Made by a program: the position numbers and the translations under genes
Notes under the pieces: generated by a model
The model's database searches: none
What the model saw: the letters and a program-made list of their open reading frames with translations, nothing else
What the model was told of the DNA's origin: nothing
Source of the DNA: Podarcis pityusensis
Lineage: Eukaryota
Assembly: GCA_964106645.2 (NCBI GenBank)
Contig: OZ067038.1
Reading direction: 5' to 3' (one strand)
DNA: 64,000 bases
Shown here: one piece after another, positions 1-13,275 of the stretch
Position numbering within the stretch: position 1 is the first letter of the stretch
Layout of the letters: each line of letters begins with the position of its first letter

Positions 1-1806
1 GTAACAATTTCATAATAACATAACAAAGCAATACCATAGTGACAATTTCATAATAACATAGCAAAACAAAAATACAATAACATACAACGCTCCCACATTT
101 CAGTACTATAAATATAACCAGATTACTTAAACAACATGTAGCATCCAGTAGCAAAAATAACAAGGGAGCTTTACAGTTTCACCTTAGTCCTGGAAACACC
201 CCTCCCATGATGTTGCTCCCATATGAACTTTCTGAACCTCATAGGAAAACTTGCCATGCCCAGCAATCACGGAATGTGGGAAATGGGTTTCTGAGGTGGA
301 AGTGATCCAGCATGCTAGCTGCACATGGTAGGAATTACAAATGAACATAAACAACACACAGTGGGCTTAAACATGTGGTAGATGTAATGTCTAGACCAGA
401 CTTGGACACTTTTGAAGGGGGGGGTGCAATCTTTAGCAAAAAGTATAGAAATGTGGGCTTCCCTGATACCTATATATTTAACTATAATACTGCTATTCAC
501 AAAGCATTTACTAATCTAGGTGCTCTGTGCTAACATATTTTGAAAAGACCCCTAACCCCTTTGCTAGCCCACGCATGTGCCGTGTGTTCATGTGAACCCC
601 AGGAATTGCTGAACTGGTATGACATGGAGTATGGGCTTCGTAAATAGGGTAAGCACTTAAAAATGTGATGGGTTGCCTTTCTAAGTAGATTTTCATGTTT
701 CAGTATTGCATTTATAATGATTTGGTATTAGGTCCTCATCTGCTGGCAGTGACTTCAGCTTTTATCATACCCAATAGATAGAAGAACATGCTTTGGAATT
801 CTGCAGTCATGACCCCAAAAAGAATTATTGCAGGCAACTCCTGTAGCTGCAGGTTTAAGCACTTGTAGCATGTTTGTACTCCAGGCTGTTCCTTGAGAGT
901 GGTGAAGGTATCCCCATGCAAAGTCCCAGTTTTCTGGTAGGGTATTTCCTTCAGAGCCACGTTACCTATTGCAAAAAAGATGGCAAAAGAGGAAACATGA
1001 GTGATTCATGCTCCTTCCTCACCTGCACTTTGATTTGGGAAGTGGGACTTGGGAAGTGGGACTCTCATGCGCAATGCATGAGATCCATAAGTCCCAGAAA
1101 ATAAATGCAAGACGCACCCTTGTTCTGCTTCCTTTTAACATGTGGACCAGCCCTTATGGTACAAGAGGGGGGCACCCACTCTTAGTCTTGTGAGCCAAAC
1201 ATAACATCTGAGCGCGTCAACTGTCGATGGAAGCAGAGCTGCAAAAAGCAGCTCCTTGTGGGCTTTACATGCTTAGGGGACTGCTGAAGAACAAGTTTTC
1301 CCATGACCCCTGGAGTAGAGGATGAAGTGCTGGCTGCGGTAGCAGTGATGTGGACTCTTTGGATTTCAAACATAGGTAGTCACAGGGGAACTTGGGTTGG
1401 GCTGGGGAAGGAAGCAGTGTAGTTCAAGGTGGCAGGTGAGTGGCAAGAAGCAGAGGATGGAGTGCAGTGGCAGGACATGCTGGTTGCCTGGTTGGTTGTT
1501 GGGAAGGGGGAAAAGGTAGCTGAGTTGGGAAAGTACTCTATGCTTGAAGGCTACATGGAGATTTTGGCAAATGACTTTTAGACTTTGAACATTCTAGCCT
1601 CTGATAATTCACTGTTATGTTCTAGAACACACTGAATGAGATAGGCCAGTGGTGGGTGGCATGCAGCTTGTCAGGTGTGGGGAACCCGTTTCAGCCTGAG
1701 GGCTGCATTCCTTTCTGGGTATCCTTCCAAGGGCCAGATGCCAGTGGTGAGCAGAGCTAGAGGTAAAAGTGGACGGAGCAATGAATGTGACTCTTAGATT
1801 TGTATT

Positions 1807-2890
1807 TTTGTTGGCATCTGTCTGCCTTGTAAGACAATGGGGACAAAGTCAAACTGCTGGAGAATCACAGTGCCCGCTGTGGCTGCAGAGACTGGTAACT
1901 TGTAGCTGCTGCCTCCTATGTTGTTTTTGCTGCGTTAGCAGCACCTGAGTGACCTTCCCAGGGTGTACAGGCAACAAGACAGCTCTCTTAACTTGTTGAT
2001 GTGCTCCAAAAAAAGCAGAGTAGTACATTTGACACCAGCTTGGCTGCAGCAGTTGCTGGAAGGGGGCATACAAGGCACCTTGGGGGCTCCACTGCAGCTT
2101 TTATAGATTCATAAAATTGTAGAATTGGAAGGGACCACGTTTTATCCTTATCCTTTTCTCCTACTGAAGATGTCCTGCAAGGCAGCTGGTACGGATTTTT
2201 CCTTGGAGATTACTCCTCAAGCCCTTCTCACAAATGTGTATAGTTGCAATGCAGCGGAGGTTAAGGATTAGAGTTTCCCTTCTCCTAGATGAGCTACCTT
2301 CCTAGGTTGACAAGCCCCACCTGCCCCTCACTCCTCACTTCCCTCTACAGCACATACAGAAACTGCCTTCTTGACTGTTGGACCCTCTATTGGTCTCATC
2401 TGCTCAATCTGCCAGAGCCTGTTTTCACATGCAGGGGAAGTCCCTAACTCTCCGAGGGTTTAAGACCCATTGGCCATGCTCACCTGAGAGCATGTGGTTA
2501 AGAGCGGTAGACTCGTAATCTGGGGAACTGGGTTCGCTTCCCTGCTCCTCCACATGCAGCTGCTGGATGACCTTGGGCTAGTCACACTTCTCTGAAGTCT
2601 CTCAGCCCCACTCACCTCACAGAGTGTTTGTTGTGGGGGAGGAAGGGAAAGGAGAATGTTTGCCGCTTTGAGACTCCTTTGGGTAGTGATAAAGCGGGAT
2701 ATCAAATCCAAACTCTTCTTCTTCACCTGGTTTAGCCAGCCAGTTGAAGACACTTCCTGGGGTGTGGCTGCTGTCACATGCTGATAGCTTCTAGGAGTCA
2801 CAGGGTGGGGGACCAAAGGTGGACAAACTACCCCAGAAGGAACACACTGTGTCCCCCACCAGGGGTACTATCCCTCCCCTAAGACTCCAC
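1807..2890. mobile_element. Unclassified lizard interspersed repeat (probably a non-LTR retroelement remnant), interrupted by a SINE
   Basis: The sequence resembles a repeat I recall as common in lacertid genomes. It resumes (cacctggtttagcc...) after the SINE at 2487-2722. Confidence 0.5.
2487..2722 (+). mobile_element. tRNA-derived CORE SINE with L2-like tail (Squam3-like)
   Basis: A/B-box-like head (tggttaagagc...gggttcg), CORE-like gaccttgggctagtcac, (TCT)n tail, and TSD tcacctg at 2480-2486 and 2723-2729. Confidence 0.8.
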
Positions 2891-3352
2891 ACACTCCTTC
2901 CTTTGTATAATAAGCTGTTTTCTCTCACATATCCCTTTCTGTCCTCCATCCAGGAAAACAAGAGACATTATAAAATTTCAGGGACACATTCTAGTCAGGC
3001 AGAACATTTTGGGCAGGAAGCAAGACCTGCTAGAGATGTGGCTTGGGGAGAGGCCTGGAGGGCCATATCTGCCTCTAGAACCTGGGGTTTCCCATCCCTG
3101 TCATAGGCTAATTCCCACTCTTAATGATTCACTACAGCTCTTTTAACATTTGCTACTTATGTTTTTAACACTCTTTCAAGAACAAGTATGTGATACCCCC
3201 TAGCCTTCATCTGGGCTCTCATACAGTCCAGGCTAGCTATACAAGTTGGAACATATCACACACATTTAAAATAGAAGCAATGAATGTTAAAGATCTGGCA
3301 GCACTTTCTAGGAAAGAGCTGGGATGTGAATTGACCTACTGTGTTTCATCAA

Positions 3353-3354
<2 letters not shown>

Positions 3355-3385
<31 letters not shown>
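3355..3385. repeat. (AC)n microsatellite
   Basis: Directly visible. Confidence 0.95.
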
Positions 3386-3387
<2 letters not shown>

Positions 3388-4699
3388 CACATATATACCA
3401 TCGTATTTAGTAGCCCCTTAAAATAAACATCCCTTCCAGAGCACACTTTAATTATATTTGCTTAGGATGTTGCTGCCATGTTTGAAATGCTAATTGAGTG
3501 AACACTGACAGCACACAATTCTTCTCCCCCCTTCCCCCCCTTCTGGCGCCTTTGAAATCTGCTCTTGACTGATTTTTAGCCTAAATCAGGATCTGTGTGC
3601 ACCCCACAAAGAGAGCTTTCCAGCTAAATGTATTCTCTTAGCCTCTCTGTTTTTGCTCCATGCGTGAAAAGACGCAAAATGCAAAGTATCTTGGCTCACA
3701 GCTGCAGTCCATGTTTCATATTGGAGGCACGACTCCTTAACACCAAAGCCCTATCTCTGGCTCTGTCAAAACCCCAACCCGGGTCCATTTTGAAAAATAA
3801 AAAGCTTCTTTTCACCCAGTAAGACAAGGAGAGCTTTTCCTGCAAGCCTGGAAAGAGCTGAGATGGGCACCTGGGGTTTATTATTATAAAGGTTTGGGAG
3901 AAAATGTTTAGGGAAATAGCCCACCTGCTTATGATGGAACAGTTCCCTCCTCTGTTGGAAGGCCTCTGCTTGCCCTCCCGCTTTTTGTTACATTCCTGCA
4001 CATAACACATAACTTAAAACGTTAGGTGGGATAAGAATTGACTCATGGCTGAGGCCCTGCAACCCTTTGGCTTTAGCAGAAGAGTCTGCTTTTTATAGTT
4101 TTAACTTGTTTATTTATTTTACTGTTTTATATATAGTTTAGGGCTTAAAACATTCATGCTGCATTCAGCTTGTGAGTGGTTCATCATCGCATAGCCTTTG
4201 ACTTTGCACCCTCTCCAAACCTTTTGAAAGTGAGTTGAGCGATAGCATGCAAAATCATGGCTGCCACTTTGTGATGAATCACTTCCACATCTTGTCCATG
4301 TTTTGAACACAGGATGGTTGTGTGAACTGCCCCTCGGTGGTCTCTGTGGAGGGCAGAGCAAGCAGTGCATTTCAGTTTAGTAACTCTTAAAAAAATAACC
4401 AGAGTCTAAGGTGGAAGAGAGAAAGAAATTTGGAGGCATTCATTCAAACCATCACAAGTTACAGTTTTAGCTAAAGGTAGCTCTGATTGTTTCATATTTG
4501 CATAGTGCACTGCTCTGTAAGTTTAGAAACTCCTGCACTCTCAGCCAGAATGGGTTTTGTCACTGGTAGAAGGATGGTCTCTGGGAGGGGAAGGATTCTT
4601 CTGCACAAATAACATGGATGAGTAAAGTTGAGCAGGAGGTTACTGCAGGAATGGGAGGTCATTACCTTCCCGTCTTGCATGTGACTCAGAAGAGCGCAC

Positions 4700-4847
4700 A
4701 TGTGCCGGAAGGAATGGGATGGCCCACTGCAGACCCCAGCAGCTCACGCTGTCAGTCTGACACAGCTGATACAGATCAGGTGGAAGTCACTGGGCAGCGA
4801 GTTGTGTTCATATGTTCAGCCAAGTTCTTTTTATCGGACCTGGTCAG
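4700..4847 (+). CDS. TNS1: Candidate alternative first coding exon of TNS1 (MCRKEWDG...FYRTWS-G)
   Basis: ATG at 4700, 49 codons plus 1 nt to CAG|gtgcac (phase 1, in frame with the C1 exon). CpGs are locally retained and an AP-1 motif (TGACTCA) sits at 4682-4688. Confidence 0.4.
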
Positions 4848-7593
4848 GTGCACAGTTCTCTTTCCGATGTCTCAGACAAGGAGGAAATGCTTATTGAGAC
4901 TTCAACAATGCCCGCTTCCTGTGTTCCCTCAGGCAGGAAACAAGCGCAGCAGCAGAGAATGCCTGAGGGCTGATTAAGCCACCAGTCTTTGCTTGGAAAT
5001 CTGGGCTGATTCAGGCTTTTCTCCCTCCATTGCATGGCGCTTGCACGTCCTACCCTGGCTGCAGTGTGGAAGGGAGCAGCCACAGCCCCTCTTGCATCTA
5101 AACAGGAAGCCCCAAAGAAGGCACTTCAATGTTTTAACCTAATGGCATGTTTGCTGCAGAAAGTCTAGCTGAAATTGTATCTTCTTACCATGCATGTGTG
5201 CACGTACATGTAGTCTGGCTTGTTCTGCAAACCAAAATTTCAGTGGCACATCCATTAAATTAGAAATATTTGGGAGAGCATAAGTGGGCTCCACCAGGGG
5301 TCCCCACTTGCTACTTTGTGAGCTTCTGTTGGTGCTTCTTTTCTGAGCATGAGCACTAGGAAGCCTTTACCGCCTGAGATAAATAAAGCCTCTGACAGTT
5401 CTGCTGCTCCAGAGGGGCAGAGAAGGTGGCGGAAGTTGGGAGAGGAGGAGGAGGTGGAAGATGATGGGAGCTTTCAGGAGAAGTCCATCTTAGTCAAGCA
5501 GCTGGAAGTTTAAGAGAAAGCTCCAGAAGCAGGCACACAAAACTTAAAGAGGTTGTCTTCTCCAGCTTTTGATAACTCTCCAGAAGCAACCAATCTGAAA
5601 ACACTGATGGCGAAGGTGGCTAGTCTGCCTCACTTTTTAAGTAACTGGATTGCTCATAAGTCCTATTATATTTGTGTAGCATTGATGTGTATGTTTTCGA
5701 CTTTATAAGCCATTGTTTACTGAAGCTAGGCACAAGTGTTGCCCTTCCCATCTTTTTCTCTGTGCTGTGCCACTTTTTGGTTTGTTTTGGTTTGCGCAAA
5801 GTGTGTGACAACCTTTAATGTTGCTTGCCCTCCACCTTTGCTTGCAACGTTACCTAAGCTCACATTTAACAAAGGGGGAAGCTGAAGGGCAATGACTTGT
5901 CCCACCGAGGATTGGCTCATACATGAGCATGCATCATTCATATTTCTCAACATGTGGGTGAATGTATAAATGGATCCCATGGTTTTCAAAAGATGAGTGT
6001 CTTGAGATAGTTTGAGGTAGTTTGGAAGTTCCATTTGCAGTCTTGGATGTGAGCTGACTCACTGAGACTTGCTAGTCATCACTTGATGGTGCAGCGATTA
6101 AATTAGGAACATGGATATAGGAACTGAATTCTTCTAAAAGCTGAAACCCAGTATTTTGCCTGCTAAACAACACTGATTTCCTGTAACTTGCCTATTTATG
6201 CGCCAGCATCTCATATGACCCGAAACAGCACTTGCTGCTTCCTGTTCTGCTGGAGAGCTAATAGCTGCTGGTTTTATTTGCAAACATTTCTTGGTCATTA
6301 GTTGCATTACAAGCGACTGGACTGTATCAGAAATGAGAGCTTAATTTGGGTAAAATATTAACAAATACAAGTGTTTCTGGAGAAGTTCTCAGATGCTTGT
6401 AATTCCAGAGTGCTTTTCTCTACTCCCAGGAGGCCATTACTGTCCATTTCCAGATAAGAATGGTAAAGCTTTATGCCAGCTAAAAATGCTGTAGAAAAAC
6501 AATTAAAATTAAACAAGAATAAATGAATTCAAGAGGAACGGAGCTGCTTCTCTTCTGGCTTTAAGGACTTGGCACCAATGGGAATTTGGATTACCGTACC
6601 TCTTGGCAGTTCTTCAGCGATTTGGGTTCTCTGAACCTTTCAATGTGCTTCCCTTTGAGTGGCTCTTGGGTAGCTTGGAGAAAGAGAGAAGCTATAATGT
6701 TGCAGTGGAAACAGGATAGCCTTTATCTGACTCTTTCTGCAGTGCCACTGGCAGCTGCTAAATGGAGTCTGTTCCCTCCTCCTGCTCCTAACCAAAGTTA
6801 GGAGAATCTGGAGATAATAGCCAGATTCTCAGGATGAGCAGTGGTACATGAAAAACAGGACATATGGAACAGCTCTCTGCCCCCACCCACAATGCAGTGC
6901 CATTTTAAGTGGCCACCCAAACACTGCATGCTAGTGTGTGCCAGGCTAGAGGTGGTGCCATGGTTGCATCTTATCATAACACAGTTCCAGTCATTATCAT
7001 GCCATTGCCATGCTCCACTAAATTGTATGGCTGGAAAGGACCCAAAAGTCATCTAGTTCATAAGCCAGCACTTGACACAATTGTATTTGTTTGCTTGCAT
7101 AATATATATCCTGCACCTTCAACCACTAGGGATACTCGGGTGCCCAATAATGCATACAGCAACAACAATTAAATCTGCAAACTTATAATTAATTGCAGTA
7201 ATAACAAAGCAGTACAAATAGTAGCAAATGCTTAATAATGGCAGTCATAAAATCAACCCTACTGCTTGCAGTTGGAAAATCCAGATATGATCAAACACAG
7301 CACTAAGGTGTCTTATTTTTATTTTCCCAGATATCATTCACTGAGCCCTCACTTAATTAAGCACCTTTTTTCCAACCTGATCTTTTTGAGTTGGAGTAGT
7401 TTGCATGCAATTGTGTAACGGCAATCTTCTTGCGATGAATAACTGCTGGTCTTGCAGCAGCTGTTAGCAGCCAGATGTTCTATAGGCAGGTACACGATGA
7501 TGTGCTTGGCAGATCCACCTCCATCCTACTCTGAGTGATGTAGTGCATGTAACCCTTCAGCACTGCTGCACTTTTTAGGCAATAGGTTGGTGC

Positions 7594-7617
7594 ACAGCAC
7601 CAGCACCAGCACCAGCA
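7594..7617. repeat. (CAGCAC)n hexamer repeat
   Basis: cacagcaccagcaccagcaccagc is directly visible. Confidence 0.8.
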
Positions 7618-7911
7618 GAAACTACAGCACAGGCTCTGGGCTTCATTGTCCCCACAGTGCATTGTGTTACAGCTTTATGAGTAGCCCTGAGATCCTGCAT
7701 GCTGCTTGGCTGGTGGGCTGTCTTGGTGTCATTTGGTTTTGGCATATTTGTAGATTGCCTTGGGTGACCTATTTCAGAAAGACCGTATAAAAATGTTAAA
7801 ACTAAATAGCTTTGGGTTTTTAACCTTCCTGTTCATTTCTAGTTGCAACTGGCCATTATGCACCTATTGATTAATCAAAACAGAATTATACACCTATTAA
7901 CATGCCTCTCA

Positions 7912-7937
7912 AAACAAACAAACAAACAAACAAACAA
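7912..7937. repeat. (AAAC)n microsatellite
   Basis: Directly visible. Confidence 0.9.
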
Positions 7938-8175
7938 AAAACAACTCCTTTGAATTATGCAGGCCTGAAGACCATAACAGTCCAGAAGAAGAAAGAAGCT
8001 TGATGGTTTGCATAATTCTAGTCATGATGGTCATATTACTCTGTCATGAAACTTGGAAATATTAAGTTGGCTATGTTGACAACTGAGGTATTTAAGAAAA
8101 ATTGAATGCTGGGGGCTTGGCTATAAGCCTTTACAAAGGAATTCAGTGAAAATTCCTCAATTCTTGTGGGGATAG

Positions 8176-8176
<1 letters not shown>

Positions 8177-8221
<45 letters not shown>
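8177..8221. repeat. Compound (GT)n(GA)n microsatellite
   Basis: Directly visible. Confidence 0.95.
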
Positions 8222-8739
8222 AATTGACTGGAATTCACCGGCCTCTGTCCACTTCTGATCAGCTGAAAAGGTTGGTAGGAAGGCTCAGGATGACTAGATA
8301 GTTCATATAGGAACCTATACACAGAGAGATTGCGTATAGAGCAGGGAACTGAAGTGCCCCTTTCTAGGCCTGTTCAGCTTTTCAAGATTAAGTATGCATG
8401 CTATGGTCAAGATATGACCATTTGGGTGAATATGTATTGCTCTGGAATCATTTGCTGGCTGTCACATTCAGTGTCCTGACCCTGAAGTCCCCCACCCTTT
8501 GACTCATTTTGCAAGCAAAGGCAAGAACCCTGGAAGAGATATTTTAATATTTACATATGTTTGGATTGCGTCCATACATTTTTGTTGAAAACAAAGCTGT
8601 CAAAAGATATCTGATATTGTTTTAAATTTTTATATATCTTCTTCATTTGAGTGACTGTGGGGCCCCTTTTCAGGATCAAGGTCCTTTCAAACCCACTTTC
8701 AATAAAAAATTGTAACAAAATAATTAAAACCACCTATAG

Positions 8740-9190
8740 ATTAGAACTTTTTAAAAATTTAAAAACCAACAGAGCAGCACAAAGCAAAAACAGCATATGT
8801 GATAACATGACAGCCTCTAACATCAGATACCATTCCAATAGCAATAATAAAACCAGGTTTTAAACCCTACTGGCTACCTAACCAAAGGTGGATTGAAAAA
8901 AATATATATTTAGGGCCTACCTAAAATAAAACTGGAAAGGAGCCAAACATAACTCCTGGGAGAAGGAGTTCCATAGGTGAGGGATCACTGCTGAAAAGGT
9001 CCTTCCCTTTCCTGCATTCCCTCAAGCCTGATGGTACCCAGTGGTGCACCTGCAAGATGGGCAGGCTCATATGGATGCAAGTAACTTGACCCCTAATCAT
9101 TTAGGGTTTTAAAGGTCAGAGTCGGCACTTTAAATTGGACTTGGACGTTAAGCAGCAGTGAGTTCTTCTGAACAACAGAGCTAAGGCTGC
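8740..9190 (-). mobile_element. Old L2 LINE 3' fragment
   Basis: ggagttccataggtgagggatcactgctgaaaagg and gggttttaaaggtcaga resemble the reverse complement of the squamate L2 3' region, in degenerate form. Confidence 0.5.
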
Positions 9191-11269
9191 CAGCATAGGC
9201 TCACTTCCTTGGGAGTCTTCCCTTTTGTCACTTTTGCTACCTGCTGCAAATCTTGTTTCTTTTGAGTCCCTCCAGGTGTCCCTTTTATTCCGCATGGGGC
9301 GATCACACTGCTTCATTTTCAGTCAGTGCATATCACATAATTGTTCTGGTTTATTGTTGTTGTGCTATAGCAATAATGTGGTAACATTGGGGAGGCATTG
9401 CAGAACAAACTAAAGTATAATAAATCCACTTTAGATAAGGCTAAGCAGAACAAAGAGAGTTTCATGGATAAGATTCAAAAACTGTTGGGAGGGGTAGATC
9501 AGCCCAGATACTGATAGCCCACTTCCCAGAAAAGTACAGTTAACAAGTCTGGACTTGGCTGCATTCTTGTCCCAAGTCTCTCTCTCTCTCTCTTTTTTTT
9601 AAGAGAAGGACAGAGAGGGCTGAGGAGAGTCCAAGTGCCCTGGCTCCTGCTCCTCTTCTGCTCACTGCTAGGCCAGGTTTTCTCTACTGTTCAAATCTTG
9701 GCCTAAAAATGCAAAGGTAACATATCCTGTATAGCAATCCCCTGCTCCTGTAACCTTTCCTTGCTAAGAACAATGGCTGTCTTGTGTATCAAAGTAACAG
9801 ATGCTGTTTCTGGCGAGGGCTGCAGCCGCCAATGTAAACCGCTCTGGGGTGATTGAACTTGACCCAACCCAAGGCTTTGCTGGCAACATACCAAAGTTTT
9901 GGGCTTCACAGGGGTGGGCTGGGGAGGAAAGGGGAATGGAGTGGGACTTTGCAGTGCATAAATCTGGAAATGTTGCCCCTCGACAGGGCCACGTCCCCAT
10001 CTAGAGTGAATTCTGTGCTGGTGTGCAGCACTTAATCCGGGTTAAAGTAGGTGCTAGTTCGACTTGACACCCAGCTATATTCATTCCCATTATAATAAAA
10101 GTCAGTGCCTCCGTATTAAACCATATTCCCCGGAAAGAATTACACAGCAAGCGAGTCTTTTAAAACTGAACATAGCCGTAAGATTTATTAGGAATAGTGT
10201 AGAGAACCAAGCGTCCCCTTTCTTATCATCTGTACCATGAATAAACAACAGGCTCTTTACCAAAGATGAAGCTATATTTTGATTTATTTTTTTAAATGGC
10301 TGGTCTAGTACTACTGCTGTAAACTCAAGTCTCCCCTCAGCTGTGCAGGGAGATGGCTTTAGGGAAATCTCTTCTCCCCTTTAAAGCCCCAACACACGCA
10401 GACACCTACCTTCAAAGTAAGAACAACAGTTCTGGACTACCTTATAGGACCATTATATGGATTTATGAGAAAATGTTCACAATGTGCTTTGAAATGCACT
10501 ATAGCCAGACTGGTGTATATACACCGCAAGATCTCTTTAGCGAAGGCAAAGTTTGTGTTGGATGTAGTTACGTGCATTAGAATCGCCTCTTTGCTAATTG
10601 CTCATCCAATGGAGCTCAAGATCAGCTAGTGACACATTAAATATTAACAGAGCAATAAACCTTAAATGCATACCTTCCCCCACTGTGAGGGTGAACATCT
10701 TGTTTAGCAATGAAGGCCACCCAGGAAATTCACCATGGGCCAAATGATGATATGTCACTTGTATATTGTCAAAGTAACTCAGCCACAAAAATCTGAAAAA
10801 TTGTGCTTGTGTATGTTGTTAGTTACCAGGCCACAGTTGGGTGGAGATGCAGGGCTGCTTCTTTGTCAGAGCAAAATTAGGAACTAAACCCTCAAAATCA
10901 TGCAAAATCACAAGATGCTATATCATCAAAAAGCATGTTTGTTGTTTTTCCTGTGATTTCTGAGCCCCATGGAAACAGGACTAAATGATTATTTGTTTTG
11001 TTTTTCCTGTAAACAGAAAGGGGTAGTATTTGGGCATGTTGGGTGTACATGGGGTGAAGATGGGTGGGTGGGAATAGGGTACATCAAGTATCTATACATA
11101 TAACTACTATCAGGTAACAGATCTTCCATTTTTGGTACATCTGGTGCCTGAGTGGTGAGGCTTAGTAGACCTGGCCTTACACCAGCTCTCCCTCTCCATG
11201 GTTTCTCCATTGGTAGACCTCTCATTCATTGGGCACACTTGGTGTTTTGATGATGTCCTTCTTCTCTTT

Positions 11270-11850
11270 TAAAAAATTAATCATTTTGAAACAATAACAA
11301 TACTTCAAATACAAAATGCAGAATTGGTATTGACTCCCACCTCTGCCATGGTTGATTTTGTTAATTTCTTTTCCACTAAATATTCTAATTTTCCCCATAT
11401 CTTATTTTTTGTCAGTTTTATAATGATAATTTAATAATAATAATTTATTATTTATACCCCGCCCATCTGGCTGAGTTTCCCCAGCCACTCTGGATGGCTC
11501 CCAATCGAGTGTTAAAAACAATACAGCATTAAATATTAAAAACTTCCCTAAACAGGGCTGCCTTCAGATGTCTTTTAAAAATAGGATACGTACTTATTTC
11601 CTTGACATCTGATGGGAGGGTGTTCCACAGGGTGAGTGCCACTACTGAGAAGGCCCAATATCTCAATATTTCTTACTGCTGAATTTCATCTTTTAGTGTT
11701 AACTTTTTAATTTGTTTATGGTAAGTTTCCAAATAATCTTGATGATATCCTTCCATCTGCAAATGAAATACTCCATTCTTTTCCTGATTTTATTCCCCCA
11801 TCCGCCCTTAATTAATTGCACTGCTGCTGCAATCAACTTCACAATTCCAT
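11270..11850 (-). mobile_element. Old L1-like 3' fragment split by an L2 insertion
   Basis: AT-rich sequence with ttgactcccacctct and tttccaaataatcttgatgatatcc, typical of reversed L1 ORF2 end/3'UTR. Heavily decayed. Confidence 0.35.
11432..11656 (-). mobile_element. Young L2 LINE 3' end
   Basis: (TAA)n tail followed by tttataccccgcccatctggctgagtttccccagccactctg...gggagggtgttccacagg...gagaaggccc, characteristic of the reversed lacertid L2 terminus. Confidence 0.8.
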
Positions 11851-12224
11851 GCATTTCTCCTTAAAAAACAAAACAAAAACCCAACATGACAGGATAAAAA
11901 ACAGCACTGGACTGTGCTGCCAGAATGCCATACAGAACTCCCAGCAAAATGGATATAACAGTTACTTTGCAAGACTGGCTTAAATCATGCTCTCAGCCAC
12001 AGTCCCCCTTGCCCCTGTGATAAATGGACCAAGAGGTTCTTTCTCCAGACAATAGTTGTGTCGTGTTCTACCCTTCTCTTTATTTAATTGTCTAGACCGA
12101 CTTCATAAATCCCAGTCATTGCTACGACTTCATTCACTTCCCCTCACAGTGCTACAATCAACCCTTCTTCCCAGGGAGTTCTGGGGATTTTAGCTCTGTG
12201 AAGGGAATAGGGGTCTCCTAATAA

Positions 12225-12357
12225 TGATAGCTCAGTTGGTAGAGAATGAGGCTCTTAATCTCACGGTTGTGGGTTCGAGCCCCATGTGGGGCAAAAGATT
12301 CCTGCGTCACAGGGGGTTGAACTAGATGACCCTCTTGGCCCTTCCAGTTCTACAACT
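12225..12357 (+). mobile_element. tRNA-Lys(CTT)-derived SINE with CR1-type tail
   Basis: A box tagctcagttggtagag, anticodon loop ctcttaa, B box ggttcgagccc, then gggggttgaactagatgacc...cccttccagttctac (CR1-like 3' end). Imperfect TSD ctaataa/ctaacaa. Confidence 0.8.
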
Positions 12358-12397
12358 CTAACAACTTTCAACACTCTTAACAAACTACAGTTCCCAG

Positions 12398-12732
12398 CAG
12401 GGCCGGATTTAGGTTTGATGAGGCCCTAAGCTACTGAAGGTAATGGGGCCCTTTATATGTCCAGCTGTCCTCTGTCAACAACAAATTGTCACTGTTTTTT
12501 GTGTTGAATGTATGCTATATGGTAATTTATGGACCTAATAGGTATCTTAAGCCATTTGCACATAACAAAATATGTATTTTATCAAAGTAATTGTTGAACT
12601 GAAATACAATTAAGAAGTAGTATATTAATAGTGAAATACAATGTATTTCCCTTTAAAAAAATTTTGGGGGGCCCCCAAGAGAGTGGGGCCCTAAGCTATA
12701 GCTTGTTTAGCTTATACGTAAATCTGGCACTG
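12398..12732. mobile_element. hAT-type MITE
   Basis: Terminal inverted repeats (TIRs) cagggccggattt / aaatctggcactg, subterminal ggccctaagcta repeats, and a partly duplicated flank (cccag). Confidence 0.75.
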
Positions 12733-13275
12733 GCCCAGCATTCTCGGGAGGAAGCCATGAAACTGCTTTAAATCTATAGTGCAGCTGAGGCCTTACTTTT
12801 TTGGTTCAACCAGGGGAGGCAGGCATTCCCTTGCCTCCCTACTCCAGATTCCTATGACTGGTCCAGCAACTGGTGGCCCTGTAACTACACCTGGCCAGCA
12901 GATGGTCACTGTTGGTCTGCAAGCCATACTATGGTTCTTCAGCAGTAAGCTACAAATAATATTCAAACGATGGTACCGCACGGCACATAATCTAGTGCAA
13001 CATATTCCCCTTTGCTATCTTCACTGAGACTGTTCCCACAGCAAAGGCAGAAGAGGATGGGTATGGCTGACTTAGGCCTTAAAGCAAGATCCTGGATATG
13101 TTTAATCAGAAGGAAGCTCTGTTTGCTTCAGCCGGACATTTCCTAGAATATAAGGCAAGCGTGGTGTGGTTATTGGCATGTTCTTTGTACCAGGACAGTA
13201 GTCGGGTGCATTCCATTCCTGGCTGGCCCTTTCCTTTGGTAATTGTGGGCTTGTCCCTGCTACCGCTTGTGCTGT

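Larger units (their letters stand above)
12130..12780. mobile_element. Short non-autonomous DNA-transposon-like repeat hosting two nested insertions
   Basis: The host sequence (gctacaatc...gctctgtgaagggaatagggg / acaaactacagttcccag / ttctcgggaggaagccatga) is collinear once the two inserts are removed. Related pieces occur at ~25440-25600 and ~63590-63690. Confidence 0.55.

Noticed and set aside
12225-12292. tRNA-Lys(CTT) gene
   Set aside because: The 5' acceptor stem is missing, the stems are mismatched, and it runs straight into a CR1-type tail. It is a SINE head.
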